A DNA stretch of 42,117 nt from an uncultured Dehalococcoidales bacterium (GTDB taxonomy: Bacteria; Chloroflexota; Dehalococcoidia; GIF9; UBA5629), in contig CAZEAR010000001.1 of the NCBI GenBank assembly GCA_964510365.1, positions 1-42,117 on the forward strand, read 5' to 3'. Positions within the stretch are counted from its first letter, which is position 1. Every line of letters begins with the position of its first letter. The translations under genes were made by a program, and so were the position numbers. The notes under the pieces were generated by a model. It did not search any database and was not told the origin of the DNA. It saw only the letters and a list, made by a program, of their open reading frames with translations. Below are positions 31,136 to 40,353 of this stretch, piece by piece.

Positions 31136-34100
31136 ATGCCGATATGGTACAGAGATAAGGAAAAAAAGAAGCCGAAGGTCGGCGAGCTCCTAACCAAATA
31201 TGGACGATATGTGCCAGGTGTCGGCCGCATGGTCACTGATTGGCAAAGAGCGAAAAAAGCGGTCCAAACTGTTTCAAATATCAGAGAACGCGCTTCTCAA
31301 TCTCCGGGCTGGCAGCGTATATCACAAGAAGCTAAAAAAGGTTTATCGCAACCGCTCGGTATAAATCCTGTTCAACAATTTGCTAACGAGCGAGCGAAGA
31401 AAATTGCTTCTCAAATCAGTCAAGGCGGAAACGCTGAAGAGATATTACAATCTATCTTCGGCAAAAATCCTATGTACCCGGAAACGGCTGCCGAAGAAGC
31501 ATCCTATCAACAAAGAATGACTCGGGTAGCTCAGAATCCCCTTGTTGCAGCAGCCGAATTATCTATAATGGCCACAATGAAGCCTACACCTGGTCAAATT
31601 GCTCCTATGATTACCGCAGCAACCGCTAAATCGCCGAAGTTGGGATATGGTATTAGCACAGCTTTAAATCTGGCCGGAGCGGACACGCCGACAGGAATTG
31701 TCCCGAGTTATATGAGATCTGGCCTTGGCCGGTTGTTTGGTGGCGGGGTGAAAAGAAAGGCTGTGCAAAAAGCTACACAGGAAGCGGTCCCGGCCGTCAC
31801 AAAGGCCGCACAAGAAGAATTACCGGCAGTTAAAAAGGGATATACCCGGCTGTACCGTTATGGGATCCAGCAGGAAGACGAATTGGCCGAAGCGGGCCGA
31901 TGGTTTACCAGTGATCTAACAACGGCTGAAAGATTCGGGAAATCGACTCTCGGGAGTAAATTGCGTTATATCGATGTGCCGAATGCCGATATAGCAAAAT
32001 ACCAGCCGCCGGACAAAGGCAGTTATCTCTATTTACCGAAGGATATCGCGAGCTCCGCTAAATTTACTGAATCCGCAGGTCCGCGGGCAGCGGTCCCGCC
32101 TGGTCAACCGCCGCGGATCCCGCCGACTTCTACCGGCCCGGCTCCGGCTGCAGGCGGGGAAGAATTCGCGGGTAATATAAGATTGAGCAAGTACCCGGAA
32201 GAAATCCGGTCCATGATGAAAAATTGGGCCGATGCTAATCCGCGGGAAGTACAAAATGCCAGGCGGGGGATCAGATCTGATGCACAGGTGCTTGAAGATG
32301 CGAAAAAACTGGCTGAAGAAGTCGGAGCTCGCATAAGCGAATGGAAACCCGGTCAGGCCCGCAATGCCGAAGAGATCACCGTTTTGCGTGGCGTTTTAAG
32401 AAATAAATCCCAGGAAGTTTATGATCTGTCCAATAAGATCTCCATGGGTGAAGATACTTCCGGCAATATGACTAGACTTATTCTCGCTTTGGAAGAGCAA
32501 AACGCGGTCCAGCAGGCAGTAACCGGAGTAACCGCTGAAGCCGGTCGCGCGTTGAGATCTTTCCGAAATATGGCTTCAGATGCTATTAATACTCAAAATG
32601 CCGATAAAATGGCTGAAATATTAAAGCGACTCGGCGGAGCCGGTAAAACAAAGAAGATTGCTAAATTACTATCTCAGATAAATATTGATAATCCGGCCGA
32701 AGTAAATAATTTCATCCGCAATGTATTAAAACCGAAATGGGGAGATTACGTTGTTGAGATCTTCTATAATTCGATCCTTTCAAATCCGAAAACGCATTTA
32801 GTTAATTTTGGATCAAACATGCTATCTTCAACACTTCGGCCTTTCGAAACTACTACTGCAGCGGCGATCGAGGTCCCATTATCAATTCTCGGCCGAAGGC
32901 AAAGGCAGCGGTTTTTCGGTGAAGCGGCGCAGGAAGTATTCGGTGTGGTCCGCGGAGTCCCGGAAGGATTCCGGGGAGCCTGGCGCATAATAAAAACCGG
33001 GATCCCGGTAGAAGAAGCGGCGAAATGGGAACAAAAGACTCGGGCATTTAAAGGCAAAGCTGGATTAGCTGTCGGACTTCCGGGAAGAATGTTGGAAGCT
33101 GCAGATGCTTTCGGTTTTTCATTGAATCGCATGGCCACTTTAAGAAAAGAAGCCTATAGGGCGGCTTCGATTAAAAAATTAAAAGGCCAGGCATTCATTG
33201 ATGAATTGAATAATCTCATGGTCAATCCGACAAAGGAAATGCTTGAAAATGCGAGCAAAGAAGCAGAATACAGGCTTTTCCGGCAGGAACCGGGAGAATT
33301 CGTTAAAAAGTTGATCAAGCTCCGGGATGCTAACATATTCGGTATTGAACCACTTCGATTTGTGGTGCCTTTTTTACGGACTCCGGCGAATCTTGTGAAA
33401 TATGGATTAGAAAGATCTCCGCTGGCTATCTTCAATGTCCCGATGTGGAAGAATGTTATGCTCAGGAATCCTCATGCTTCGGATCAAATAGCGCGATGGG
33501 TTTTGGGATCCGGGATGGCCGCCGGACTTGCTTATTATGTAGCGGATGGGAAAATAACAGGCCCGGCACCGAGATATTCAGCGGAGCGTGATGCTTTTTA
33601 TCGAGAAGGCAAGCAGCCATATTCAATTAAAATTGGAGATAAATGGGTATCTTATCAGCGCATAGAGCCTTTCAACCAGGCTATATCGCAAGTCGCAGCC
33701 GTGATTGAAGCAATAAACGATGAAGAAACTGAAAATACAGTGATAGAAAAAGGAGCTCAGGCCGTGGCTACGATCATGCAGAATTTTATCAGCCAGACTT
33801 ATATGAGCGGTATAGCGAATATAATCCAAGCGATAGAAGATCCTGAAGGATCCGGTGCTTACATGCTACAGGGCCTGGCTTCCGGGCTCGTGCCTTATAG
33901 CGGCGCATTACGCGGTGTCACTCAGGCTATGGATCCTACGATTAGATCTGCCCGGAATATCCCGGAAGCGATCTATAAGGAAATACCAGGAATGACAGAG
34001 CGTGTCCGGGAAAAAAGAAATGTATTCGGTGAAGTCCAGGTCCGGGAAACGCCATTTTTCAGTCCTATAAATATCTCGATTGAAGATAAGGATCCAGTAA

Positions 34101-34483
34101 ATATCGAATTAAAACGCCTGGGGATTAATATCGGAAATCCGAGTAGAATGATCGGTACTACAAAGCTCGATGATAATCAATATTATAATTATCAGATCAT
34201 AGTTGGCCAGACTATTAAAAAGGCACTTGATGAAGCTATAAAGACTACTAAATACAAAAACATAAAAAAAGCCGAAGACAAAGCAGATTATCTCGATAAA
34301 ATCATCCGGGATTCTCGGGTTGAGGCCAGGGATGTTTACTCGGAAAAAATAGGCATTAAAACCGCTAAAAAATCGTCAACAACCGCGCCTTCTATTTATG
34401 AAATACCGATAACAACTTCTCCGGCAATTCCACAGGGCCAGAATAAAAAACCGGCCTGGATGGAAGTCTTGCCGAAGAAATAA
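31136..34483 (+). CDS. Very large (1115 aa) virion-associated, polyvalent-type protein
   Basis: It lies between the portal and scaffold genes. No tape-measure context. A possible enzymatic segment is KKGYTRLYRYG...GRWFTSDLTTAERFG. Function not established. Confidence 0.4.
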   Translation: MPIWYRDKEKKKPKVGELLTKYGRYVPGVGRMVTDWQRAKKAVQTVSNIRERASQSPGWQRISQEAKKGLSQPLGINPVQQFANERAKKIASQISQGGNAEEILQSIFGKNPMYPETAAEEASYQQRMTRVAQNPLVAAAELSIMATMKPTPGQIAPMITAATAKSPKLGYGISTALNLAGADTPTGIVPSYMRSGLGRLFGGGVKRKAVQKATQEAVPAVTKAAQEELPAVKKGYTRLYRYGIQQEDELAEAGRWFTSDLTTAERFGKSTLGSKLRYIDVPNADIAKYQPPDKGSYLYLPKDIASSAKFTESAGPRAAVPPGQPPRIPPTSTGPAPAAGGEEFAGNIRLSKYPEEIRSMMKNWADANPREVQNARRGIRSDAQVLEDAKKLAEEVGARISEWKPGQARNAEEITVLRGVLRNKSQEVYDLSNKISMGEDTSGNMTRLILALEEQNAVQQAVTGVTAEAGRALRSFRNMASDAINTQNADKMAEILKRLGGAGKTKKIAKLLSQINIDNPAEVNNFIRNVLKPKWGDYVVEIFYNSILSNPKTHLVNFGSNMLSSTLRPFETTTAAAIEVPLSILGRRQRQRFFGEAAQEVFGVVRGVPEGFRGAWRIIKTGIPVEEAAKWEQKTRAFKGKAGLAVGLPGRMLEAADAFGFSLNRMATLRKEAYRAASIKKLKGQAFIDELNNLMVNPTKEMLENASKEAEYRLFRQEPGEFVKKLIKLRDANIFGIEPLRFVVPFLRTPANLVKYGLERSPLAIFNVPMWKNVMLRNPHASDQIARWVLGSGMAAGLAYYVADGKITGPAPRYSAERDAFYREGKQPYSIKIGDKWVSYQRIEPFNQAISQVAAVIEAINDEETENTVIEKGAQAVATIMQNFISQTYMSGIANIIQAIEDPEGSGAYMLQGLASGLVPYSGALRGVTQAMDPTIRSARNIPEAIYKEIPGMTERVREKRNVFGEVQVRETPFFSPINISIEDKDPVNIELKRLGINIGNPSRMIGTTKLDDNQYYNYQIIVGQTIKKALDEAIKTTKYKNIKKAEDKADYLDKIIRDSRVEARDVYSEKIGIKTAKKSSTTAPSIYEIPITTSPAIPQGQNKKPAWMEVLPKK

Positions 34484-34539
34484 ATGTGTAAAATACTTTT
34501 ATGATATGCTATCTATAGTACAGGATTGAAGGGAGAATA

Positions 34540-35328
34540 ATGGTTACAGAAAAAGCTATAGGGGAAGATACTAATACTGATGTTGATCAGCAGGGAATTG
34601 ACGAGGGGAATAAATGGGATCGGGACACCGAAAATCAACTTTTCGGTGATGGATCCGAAGAAACTCCTGGTGAGGGACCTGAAGATCAGCCGTTAGATAT
34701 TTCGACTCTTACCTTAGAGCAAATACAAGCACATCCAGAATTCCAAAACCTGCAGGGCAGATTTGGTCGGCAGGGCAATGTTCTAAAATCCCTTACAGGC
34801 CAGGTGAAAGAACTTCAGGAACTGGTCAAAACTTTCAGGACCGCCGAAGCGCAGGCTATTATTAGCAAGCTAGGTGATACTCCTGAAGCGAGAGATCTTC
34901 TTGGAAGACTTGCTAACATGGATGAAAGGGAAGCGAATATCGCTTTGCGCGAGCAAACATTAGCTCCACTCGAAAAACAGCAAACTTGCTCCGAAATCAT
35001 GGCAGATTACGGTATACCTGAAACCAGTCCCGATGGGAAAATCGATTACCGGGCTCAATTGATGGGAGCGGAAGATGTTGACGAGATGGAAATGATGGGA
35101 AAAGCACTTCAGAAAATCCTGCCCGCGCTGCCACTAGATCAGCCGAAAGAAAAGAAAGGCGGAGATCTGAAACAGCGACAACCGGCTTTGACTCAACCGC
35201 CGGACAAAGCTCAGGGATCCGTTGCGCCGCAGAGTTTCGAGCAGATAGAGCAAGCCTATATTGACGGTAAAATTTCCTGGCAGCAATATCAACAGGCAGC
35301 GCAAAAGAGCGGCGTTAAATTACAATAA
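34540..35328 (+). CDS. Scaffolding protein
   Basis: Acidic N-terminus, coiled-coil-like and Q-rich; directly upstream of the capsid gene. Confidence 0.6.
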   Translation: MVTEKAIGEDTNTDVDQQGIDEGNKWDRDTENQLFGDGSEETPGEGPEDQPLDISTLTLEQIQAHPEFQNLQGRFGRQGNVLKSLTGQVKELQELVKTFRTAEAQAIISKLGDTPEARDLLGRLANMDEREANIALREQTLAPLEKQQTCSEIMADYGIPETSPDGKIDYRAQLMGAEDVDEMEMMGKALQKILPALPLDQPKEKKGGDLKQRQPALTQPPDKAQGSVAPQSFEQIEQAYIDGKISWQQYQQAAQKSGVKLQ

Positions 35329-35352
35329 CATCTTAATAAGGGGGACAATCAA

Positions 35353-36225
35353 ATGCCGACAGGTATCACTGGTTATTCAACCTCTGATCTTGAAAAGATG
35401 CAGAGAACGGTGATAGCGCAGGCTAGATTTACTCGGGAGCACAAGGGCTGTATGACCGCTGTTTCAGAGCGTTTTGATCTCGAAGCAGGCCAAAGCACTC
35501 TTACAGTCCCGAAGCTAAGTGCTTTCGATGATGCTCAGGATCTGCAAGACGGCGTGGATATGATCCAATCGCAGCAGATCGCGAACGCATATACCGATAT
35601 CACAACTGCAGAAATAGGCGTAAAAGCAATCATAACCGATAAATTAATTCGGCAGATGAATGAATCGGTATTTCGAATGTGCGGGAAATTACTCGGCGAT
35701 TCCATGAATAGAAAAATCGAGAGGGATGGGCTGGATCTGTGTGATGGCTTCTCGAATTCTCTTGGTGCCGCCGGTACTACAATGACAACCGGGTATCTAT
35801 CCGCGGCTATCACTCAACTTTACGGCCAGAGTGAACCGGCTCCTGATCCGATCGCCTACGTTGCACATCCATACCAGGTGAAAAAGATCATGGATTCGGT
35901 ATCGGTCGTAGGAACCTATCCCCTGCCTGAAGGGTTTTCTGCTCAATTACTGAAAAATTACTGGCGCGGGACCTTCGCGATTTTCGGGACTCCGGTATTA
36001 AGCAATGGTTTAATCACCGTTGATGGACTGGATGATGCGAAAGGCGCGGTCCTTTCTAAGAGTGCCATAGGCTATGTAGTGAGCAAGGATGCTTATACGG
36101 AACGGCAGAGGGATGCCAGTTTGAGAGCGTGGGAGATCGTCCATGTTCAGGATTCCGATTGGGTGGAACTGGATGATAATTACGGTCGGGAAATGTATTT
36201 CGACTGTGCCACTCCTACATCATAA
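35353..36225 (+). CDS. Major capsid protein (HK97-fold type)
   Basis: 290 aa with an AAGGGGGA Shine-Dalgarno. Positioned after the scaffold gene. The N-terminal MPTGITGYSTSDLEKMQRTVIAQARFT is typical of small HK97-like capsid proteins. Confidence 0.7.
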   Translation: MPTGITGYSTSDLEKMQRTVIAQARFTREHKGCMTAVSERFDLEAGQSTLTVPKLSAFDDAQDLQDGVDMIQSQQIANAYTDITTAEIGVKAIITDKLIRQMNESVFRMCGKLLGDSMNRKIERDGLDLCDGFSNSLGAAGTTMTTGYLSAAITQLYGQSEPAPDPIAYVAHPYQVKKIMDSVSVVGTYPLPEGFSAQLLKNYWRGTFAIFGTPVLSNGLITVDGLDDAKGAVLSKSAIGYVVSKDAYTERQRDASLRAWEIVHVQDSDWVELDDNYGREMYFDCATPTS

Positions 36226-36251
36226 TAAAAACTGAATAACAAAGGAGCGGA

Positions 36252-36716
36252 ATGCCGGAAATAAAAGTTACTCCACAGCAGGAGAAAGAACTTAAATCAA
36301 AAGGGTACGCGATTAAACCTGCTTACGATGAAGTGAGCAACCGCAGATATTATTGGGATCCGCGCAAGGACGAAAATGGAAATGCTATGGGATGGACCAG
36401 GCCTTTACCTGGCGATACATTGCGGATGAATTATTATCTACGGAAAGGGTTAAAATTAGAGGATCCTGAAGGTAATACCGCTCCGCCGCCAGGTTATTTC
36501 CGCAGGCGGACTCCGGCAATGCCGGTCCCGCAAGATACGGAAGGCCTGGCTGAAGTAAGCGTTACACATGATGAAGTTCCGCCACAGAATAAAAAGGATG
36601 CCGTTCTAAGGTGTCCGTTATGTGAGAAGGAGTTTCCTGATTCTGAAACGCTGTTGAAACACATGCGAAGGCATGAATCCCGGAAAAACAAATCTAAAAA
36701 GGGGGGTAAAAAATAA
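36252..36716 (+). CDS. Head-module protein with a C-terminal classical C2H2 zinc finger and a basic tail
   Basis: LRCPLCEKEFPDSETLLKHMRRH fits C-X2-C-X3-F-X5-L-X2-H-X3-H exactly, followed by ESRKNKSKKGGKK. Confidence 0.6.
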   Translation: MPEIKVTPQQEKELKSKGYAIKPAYDEVSNRRYYWDPRKDENGNAMGWTRPLPGDTLRMNYYLRKGLKLEDPEGNTAPPPGYFRRRTPAMPVPQDTEGLAEVSVTHDEVPPQNKKDAVLRCPLCEKEFPDSETLLKHMRRHESRKNKSKKGGKK

Positions 36717-37534
36717 TGTTCCCTACTACGCTTTATATCAGCGAAGAGCAGATCCGAACTGAAAAAGCAACACGGGGCGACATACCTCTCGGAACGCGCG
36801 GCGTTACTCCTGATGGCAGAGTTTTTCGGTGGGCTCAGGCAGGTGGAACGGCATTAAAAGCTCACAGGCTTATGATCCCTGTAGCTCAGGGACCATGGAG
36901 CACAGCTACAGATATCGCGCTGGCTACCGGTGTTACAGCCGGTGCGACTGGTGTTAAAATCTATCTGGGAGCTACCGATACCGAAGCTACCCGGCTGGTT
37001 GCGGATTTCTATAAAGACGGTTATATGATCGTACCTTCCACGGACGAAGATTATAACCAGATGGCTCCTATTCATTCGAATCCGGCCCTGGCTTCAAATA
37101 CCGCGCTGAATTCGGCTAACTGGTTTTACTTCAAAAATCCGCTGGCGAAAGCCGTTGCGACTTCAACCAGTTTACCGAAGTTTGTACCTAATCCTTATAA
37201 ATTCGTCCAGGTACTTACCGATAACAGAGGTATGCCACTCGGCGTTACTCCGATCGCAGTTACAGCTAATTACTTCTTCTGGCTCCAGACATGGGGTCCG
37301 GCACTTGTAAAAGCTGATACAGGAGCTCAGTCCTGTGCCGATCAACAGCCTGGATGGTTTGTTGTGGCGGCTACAGGCGGAACCGGTGCTATATGTATGC
37401 CCAGTACAAATGTCAGCATGTCATACGACACCGACTCCGGTGGAGCGATGGCCCTGGGTGCTATCGGTAATCTCATTACCGCACCGGCAGCCGACACGTT
37501 CCATGCACTTGTAGAACTGCGATTATCACCTTAA
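36716..37534 (+). CDS. Putative head-associated structural protein (decoration/cement candidate)
   Basis: 272 aa, T/A/G-rich, ATGT-coupled to the previous gene. Last gene before the sugar cassette. The call rests on position only. Confidence 0.4.
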   Translation: MFPTTLYISEEQIRTEKATRGDIPLGTRGVTPDGRVFRWAQAGGTALKAHRLMIPVAQGPWSTATDIALATGVTAGATGVKIYLGATDTEATRLVADFYKDGYMIVPSTDEDYNQMAPIHSNPALASNTALNSANWFYFKNPLAKAVATSTSLPKFVPNPYKFVQVLTDNRGMPLGVTPIAVTANYFFWLQTWGPALVKADTGAQSCADQQPGWFVVAATGGTGAICMPSTNVSMSYDTDSGGAMALGAIGNLITAPAADTFHALVELRLSP

Positions 37535-37607
37535 TCCTTCTACACTTTACGGCTCCGGGGATGTGCCATAAACGTCCCCTCAATGAACTTTTGATAGGGA
37601 GAATACC

Positions 37608-38849
37608 ATGGAGAAGTCTGCAAAGGGCGTGAAAACGTCCACAGGAAAAACTACACCTATTCCTGAAGCCTTGCCACCTAACAATATAATCATCCTCGGC
37701 ATGGGATCCACGCGCACAGAATGTCCCTTCGGTGAGTCCGGCGTTGAGATATGGGGAGTCAACAACGGATACCGGCAATCGAAAGATATGGGCGGGAAGA
37801 TCCATAAACTTCTGATAGCTCACCGGGGACAGGAGCACGATTATATGGAAGATCCTATCTTCGACTGGGAAGAGCTCAATAAACTGATCGATACTGGCGT
37901 TGAAATACTCACTTTATTCGATCTTCCGGAACTGAAGAGCTATAAAAAGATCGATTACCAGGCGATGGCTTCCCACTTTAACACAGATTATTTCTCGGAC
38001 TCGATCGCGTATATGCTCGCCTATGCCATATTTATCAATACCGAGAAGATCAACGATACCGGACAGCTTAAACTCATACAGCCACTCAGGATCCGGATGT
38101 ATGGCGTGGACATGCTCACAAAGGATGAATATGCCACCGAAAGAGGGGGGATCGAGTATTTTGTAGCTGTGGCGAAGACTGTCGGGATAGATTTCTGGAA
38201 TCATCCATTCTCGGCGGTTTGCAGGACCGACACCGGTATGCCTTACGGCTTCTTCCAGCTTGATAAATCGCTGATAGATCCGCACAACATTATGGAACGG
38301 CAGAAGACAGCTGCAGGCCTGAAAGAGCTCCTGGATGAAGGCGCGATCGATGAAGAGGATTACAATGAAATGATAGCCGGCTTGCTGAAACTTGAAACCG
38401 GTATCGAGCTCAAAGATGCCACTATGAACGATTTCGAACTGATGATGGCATGGCGATCGGATCCGGATATCTATCAGGGGTTTTACCAGCAGAATCAACC
38501 ACTCACCTATGAAGAACATTCCCAGTGGTTGCAATCCCGGCGCAACTGGTACCAGTACATCATATGGTACAAAGGTCGCCGGATCGGCGTTGTTTCCGTT
38601 GGACAGCTGGATCACTGGAACCCCGAGATCGGCTTTTATATCGGTGAAAAATCCCTGTGGGACCAGGGAATAGGTACCAACGCCGTCAAAGCTATCATGG
38701 ATCAGCTGAAGAGGGAAGGGAAGGAATATTGCCATACAACGGTTTTGAAGAGTAATGAACGCTCCATAAATCTTCTGAAAAAACTGGGATTCCGGCGCGG
38801 ATCCGAAGCGCGTCCCAGCGAGGTATGGATGTGGAAAAAGCTGTCTTAA
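37608..38849 (+). CDS. Two-domain protein: an N-terminal sialyltransferase/Maf(DUF115)-like candidate glycosyltransferase domain (37608-38423) fused to a C-terminal PseH-like GNAT N-acetyltransferase (38424-38846)
   Basis: GNAT part: MNDFELMMAWRSDP...RRIGVVSVGQL...IGFYIGEKSLWDQGIGTNAVKAIMD...LKSNERSINLLKKLGF. N-terminal part: IIILGMGSTR...IWGVNNGY...DSIAYMLAYAIF...IRMYGVDM resembles the GNGPS...N...SG.YM...AI...GID layout of Cst-II/Maf-type enzymes (weak, by eye). Confidence 0.6.
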   Translation: MEKSAKGVKTSTGKTTPIPEALPPNNIIILGMGSTRTECPFGESGVEIWGVNNGYRQSKDMGGKIHKLLIAHRGQEHDYMEDPIFDWEELNKLIDTGVEILTLFDLPELKSYKKIDYQAMASHFNTDYFSDSIAYMLAYAIFINTEKINDTGQLKLIQPLRIRMYGVDMLTKDEYATERGGIEYFVAVAKTVGIDFWNHPFSAVCRTDTGMPYGFFQLDKSLIDPHNIMERQKTAAGLKELLDEGAIDEEDYNEMIAGLLKLETGIELKDATMNDFELMMAWRSDPDIYQGFYQQNQPLTYEEHSQWLQSRRNWYQYIIWYKGRRIGVVSVGQLDHWNPEIGFYIGEKSLWDQGIGTNAVKAIMDQLKREGKEYCHTTVLKSNERSINLLKKLGFRRGSEARPSEVWMWKKLS

Positions 38850-39652
38850 TCACCGGCGGTACCGGATCTCTGGGTCGGGAAATAGTTAAACAGCTTCTTG
38901 AGTCCGGTTGCGAATCGATCCGGATCCTTTCCAGGAATGAAGCGAACCAGGTGATCATGCAACGTGAATTCAACAGTCCTTATTTACGCTTTTTCATCGG
39001 CGATATCCGGGATAAAGATCGACTGTGGAGATCCATGAAAAATGTCGATATCGTGATCCATACCGCGGCATTGAAGCATGTACCGGTATGTGAATACAAT
39101 CCTATCGAAGCCGTGAAGACTAACATCATGGGAGCGGTAAATATTGTAGAAGCTGCCCTGGATCGCAATATTGAAAAAGTGATGGCTATATCTTCAGATA
39201 AAGCGGTAAACCCGATCAATATATACGGTGCTACAAAGTTCGCTATGGAGAAATTATTCATTGATGCGAATGTATATGGCGGTAAGTTTTCTTGTGTCAG
39301 GATGGGGAATCTGGAAGGAAGTTCAGGAAGCGTTATACCGCTCTTCAAAGAGCAAGCTGAAAATGGAGAAGTTACAATGACCGATCCGAATATGCGGCGT
39401 TTATATTTGAAAATAGATGAAGCGGCAAGGTTTATATTGAACTGCATTCGGATAATGGAAGGCGGGGAAATATTCGTGCCGGAAATGCAGGAGATACCTC
39501 TTATTGAAACAGTGGCAAATGCTATCGGTGATAAGCCGGTGACTGTAAAAATCATCGGCAAAAGAGCCGGAGAGAAGCTGTTTGAATGTCCTTTTAATGA
39601 GGATGAATTTAACAGGATAAAGCGAATCGAAGGGGGGTATATCATAAAATGA
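38825..39652 (+). CDS. pseB: UDP-N-acetylglucosamine 4,6-dehydratase (inverting), PseB/FlaA1-type
   Basis: ITGGTGSLG, RFFIGDIRD, HTAALKHVPVCEYNPIEAVKTNIMGAVN, SSDKAVNPINIYGATK, GGEIFVP and AGEKL are collinear with H. pylori FlaA1 as recalled. The product is shorter (275 aa). Confidence 0.85.
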   Translation: MDVEKAVLITGGTGSLGREIVKQLLESGCESIRILSRNEANQVIMQREFNSPYLRFFIGDIRDKDRLWRSMKNVDIVIHTAALKHVPVCEYNPIEAVKTNIMGAVNIVEAALDRNIEKVMAISSDKAVNPINIYGATKFAMEKLFIDANVYGGKFSCVRMGNLEGSSGSVIPLFKEQAENGEVTMTDPNMRRLYLKIDEAARFILNCIRIMEGGEIFVPEMQEIPLIETVANAIGDKPVTVKIIGKRAGEKLFECPFNEDEFNRIKRIEGGYIIK

Positions 39653-40353
39653 TTATTGCAGAGATAGGGCAAAACCATATGGGGTCGATGTGGCTTGCGG
39701 AGCATCTTATTTTGCAGGCAAAAGATAATGGGGCTGACTTGGTTAAATTCCAGCTTTATGATTCCGAGAAGCTATACGGAGAAAAACAGGAAACAGAATT
39801 GAGCTTTGAGCAAGCAAAGCATTTATTTAACTTCGGCAAAAAAGCGGGGATTGAAATATTCTTTTCTGTATTTGATGAACTTCGGGTTCAATGGTGTGAG
39901 AATATAGGAGTGAAGCGATATAAAATAGCTGCTCGTAACGAAGATAAAAATCTATGGGATATTGTTGATAAAACAGAAAAACCTACCATAATTTCGTATG
40001 ATCCTGTTTTTGATAAATATGGTTGGCCTGATAAATGGGAAAGTCTTTATTGTGTTAGTGAATATCCAGCAAAATCGAAAAATATTAAATTTGAGGCTGG
40101 TGATTTTGAAGATACAGGAGATAGTCTGGGTTCAGGTGACGGCAGGGGTGAATATTGGAGAAGATATGAAGGTTTTTCAGATCATACAATAGGTCTTGAT
40201 TTCGCCATGATTGCGCTTTCGCGCGGAGCGCGGATAATTGAAAAGCATTTTGCTATAACGCATGAAATAGGCATTGATGCGCCCTGGTCCATGACACCGG
40301 ACGAGCTTCGGGAATTAAAAACTTTTGAAAGGAAGGTACAGGAAGTATTATGA
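39649..40353 (+). CDS. NeuB-family nonulosonic acid synthase (PseI-like), TIM-barrel domain only
   Basis: IIAEIGQNHMGS, GADLVKFQLY, YKIAARN, YCVSEYPA, GFSDHTIG and IIEKHF. It lacks the C-terminal SAF domain and carries a G/D-rich insertion (FEDTGDSLGSGDGRGEYW). Confidence 0.75.
   Translation: MIIAEIGQNHMGSMWLAEHLILQAKDNGADLVKFQLYDSEKLYGEKQETELSFEQAKHLFNFGKKAGIEIFFSVFDELRVQWCENIGVKRYKIAARNEDKNLWDIVDKTEKPTIISYDPVFDKYGWPDKWESLYCVSEYPAKSKNIKFEAGDFEDTGDSLGSGDGRGEYWRRYEGFSDHTIGLDFAMIALSRGARIIEKHFAITHEIGIDAPWSMTPDELRELKTFERKVQEVL

Noticed and set aside
31136-34483. Tape-measure protein
   Set aside because: It is located between the portal and scaffold genes rather than downstream of tail-tube or chaperone genes. 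No tube, sheath or frameshifted chaperone genes are present.
37914-38735. 273-aa minus-strand ORF
   Set aside because: It is antisense to the plus-strand GNAT-fusion gene, which has clear acetyltransferase motifs and a good Shine-Dalgarno sequence.
38980-39705. 241-aa minus-strand ORF
   Set aside because: It is a shadow of the plus-strand PseB gene, whose product carries many collinear FlaA1/PseB motifs. The antisense translation has no motifs.
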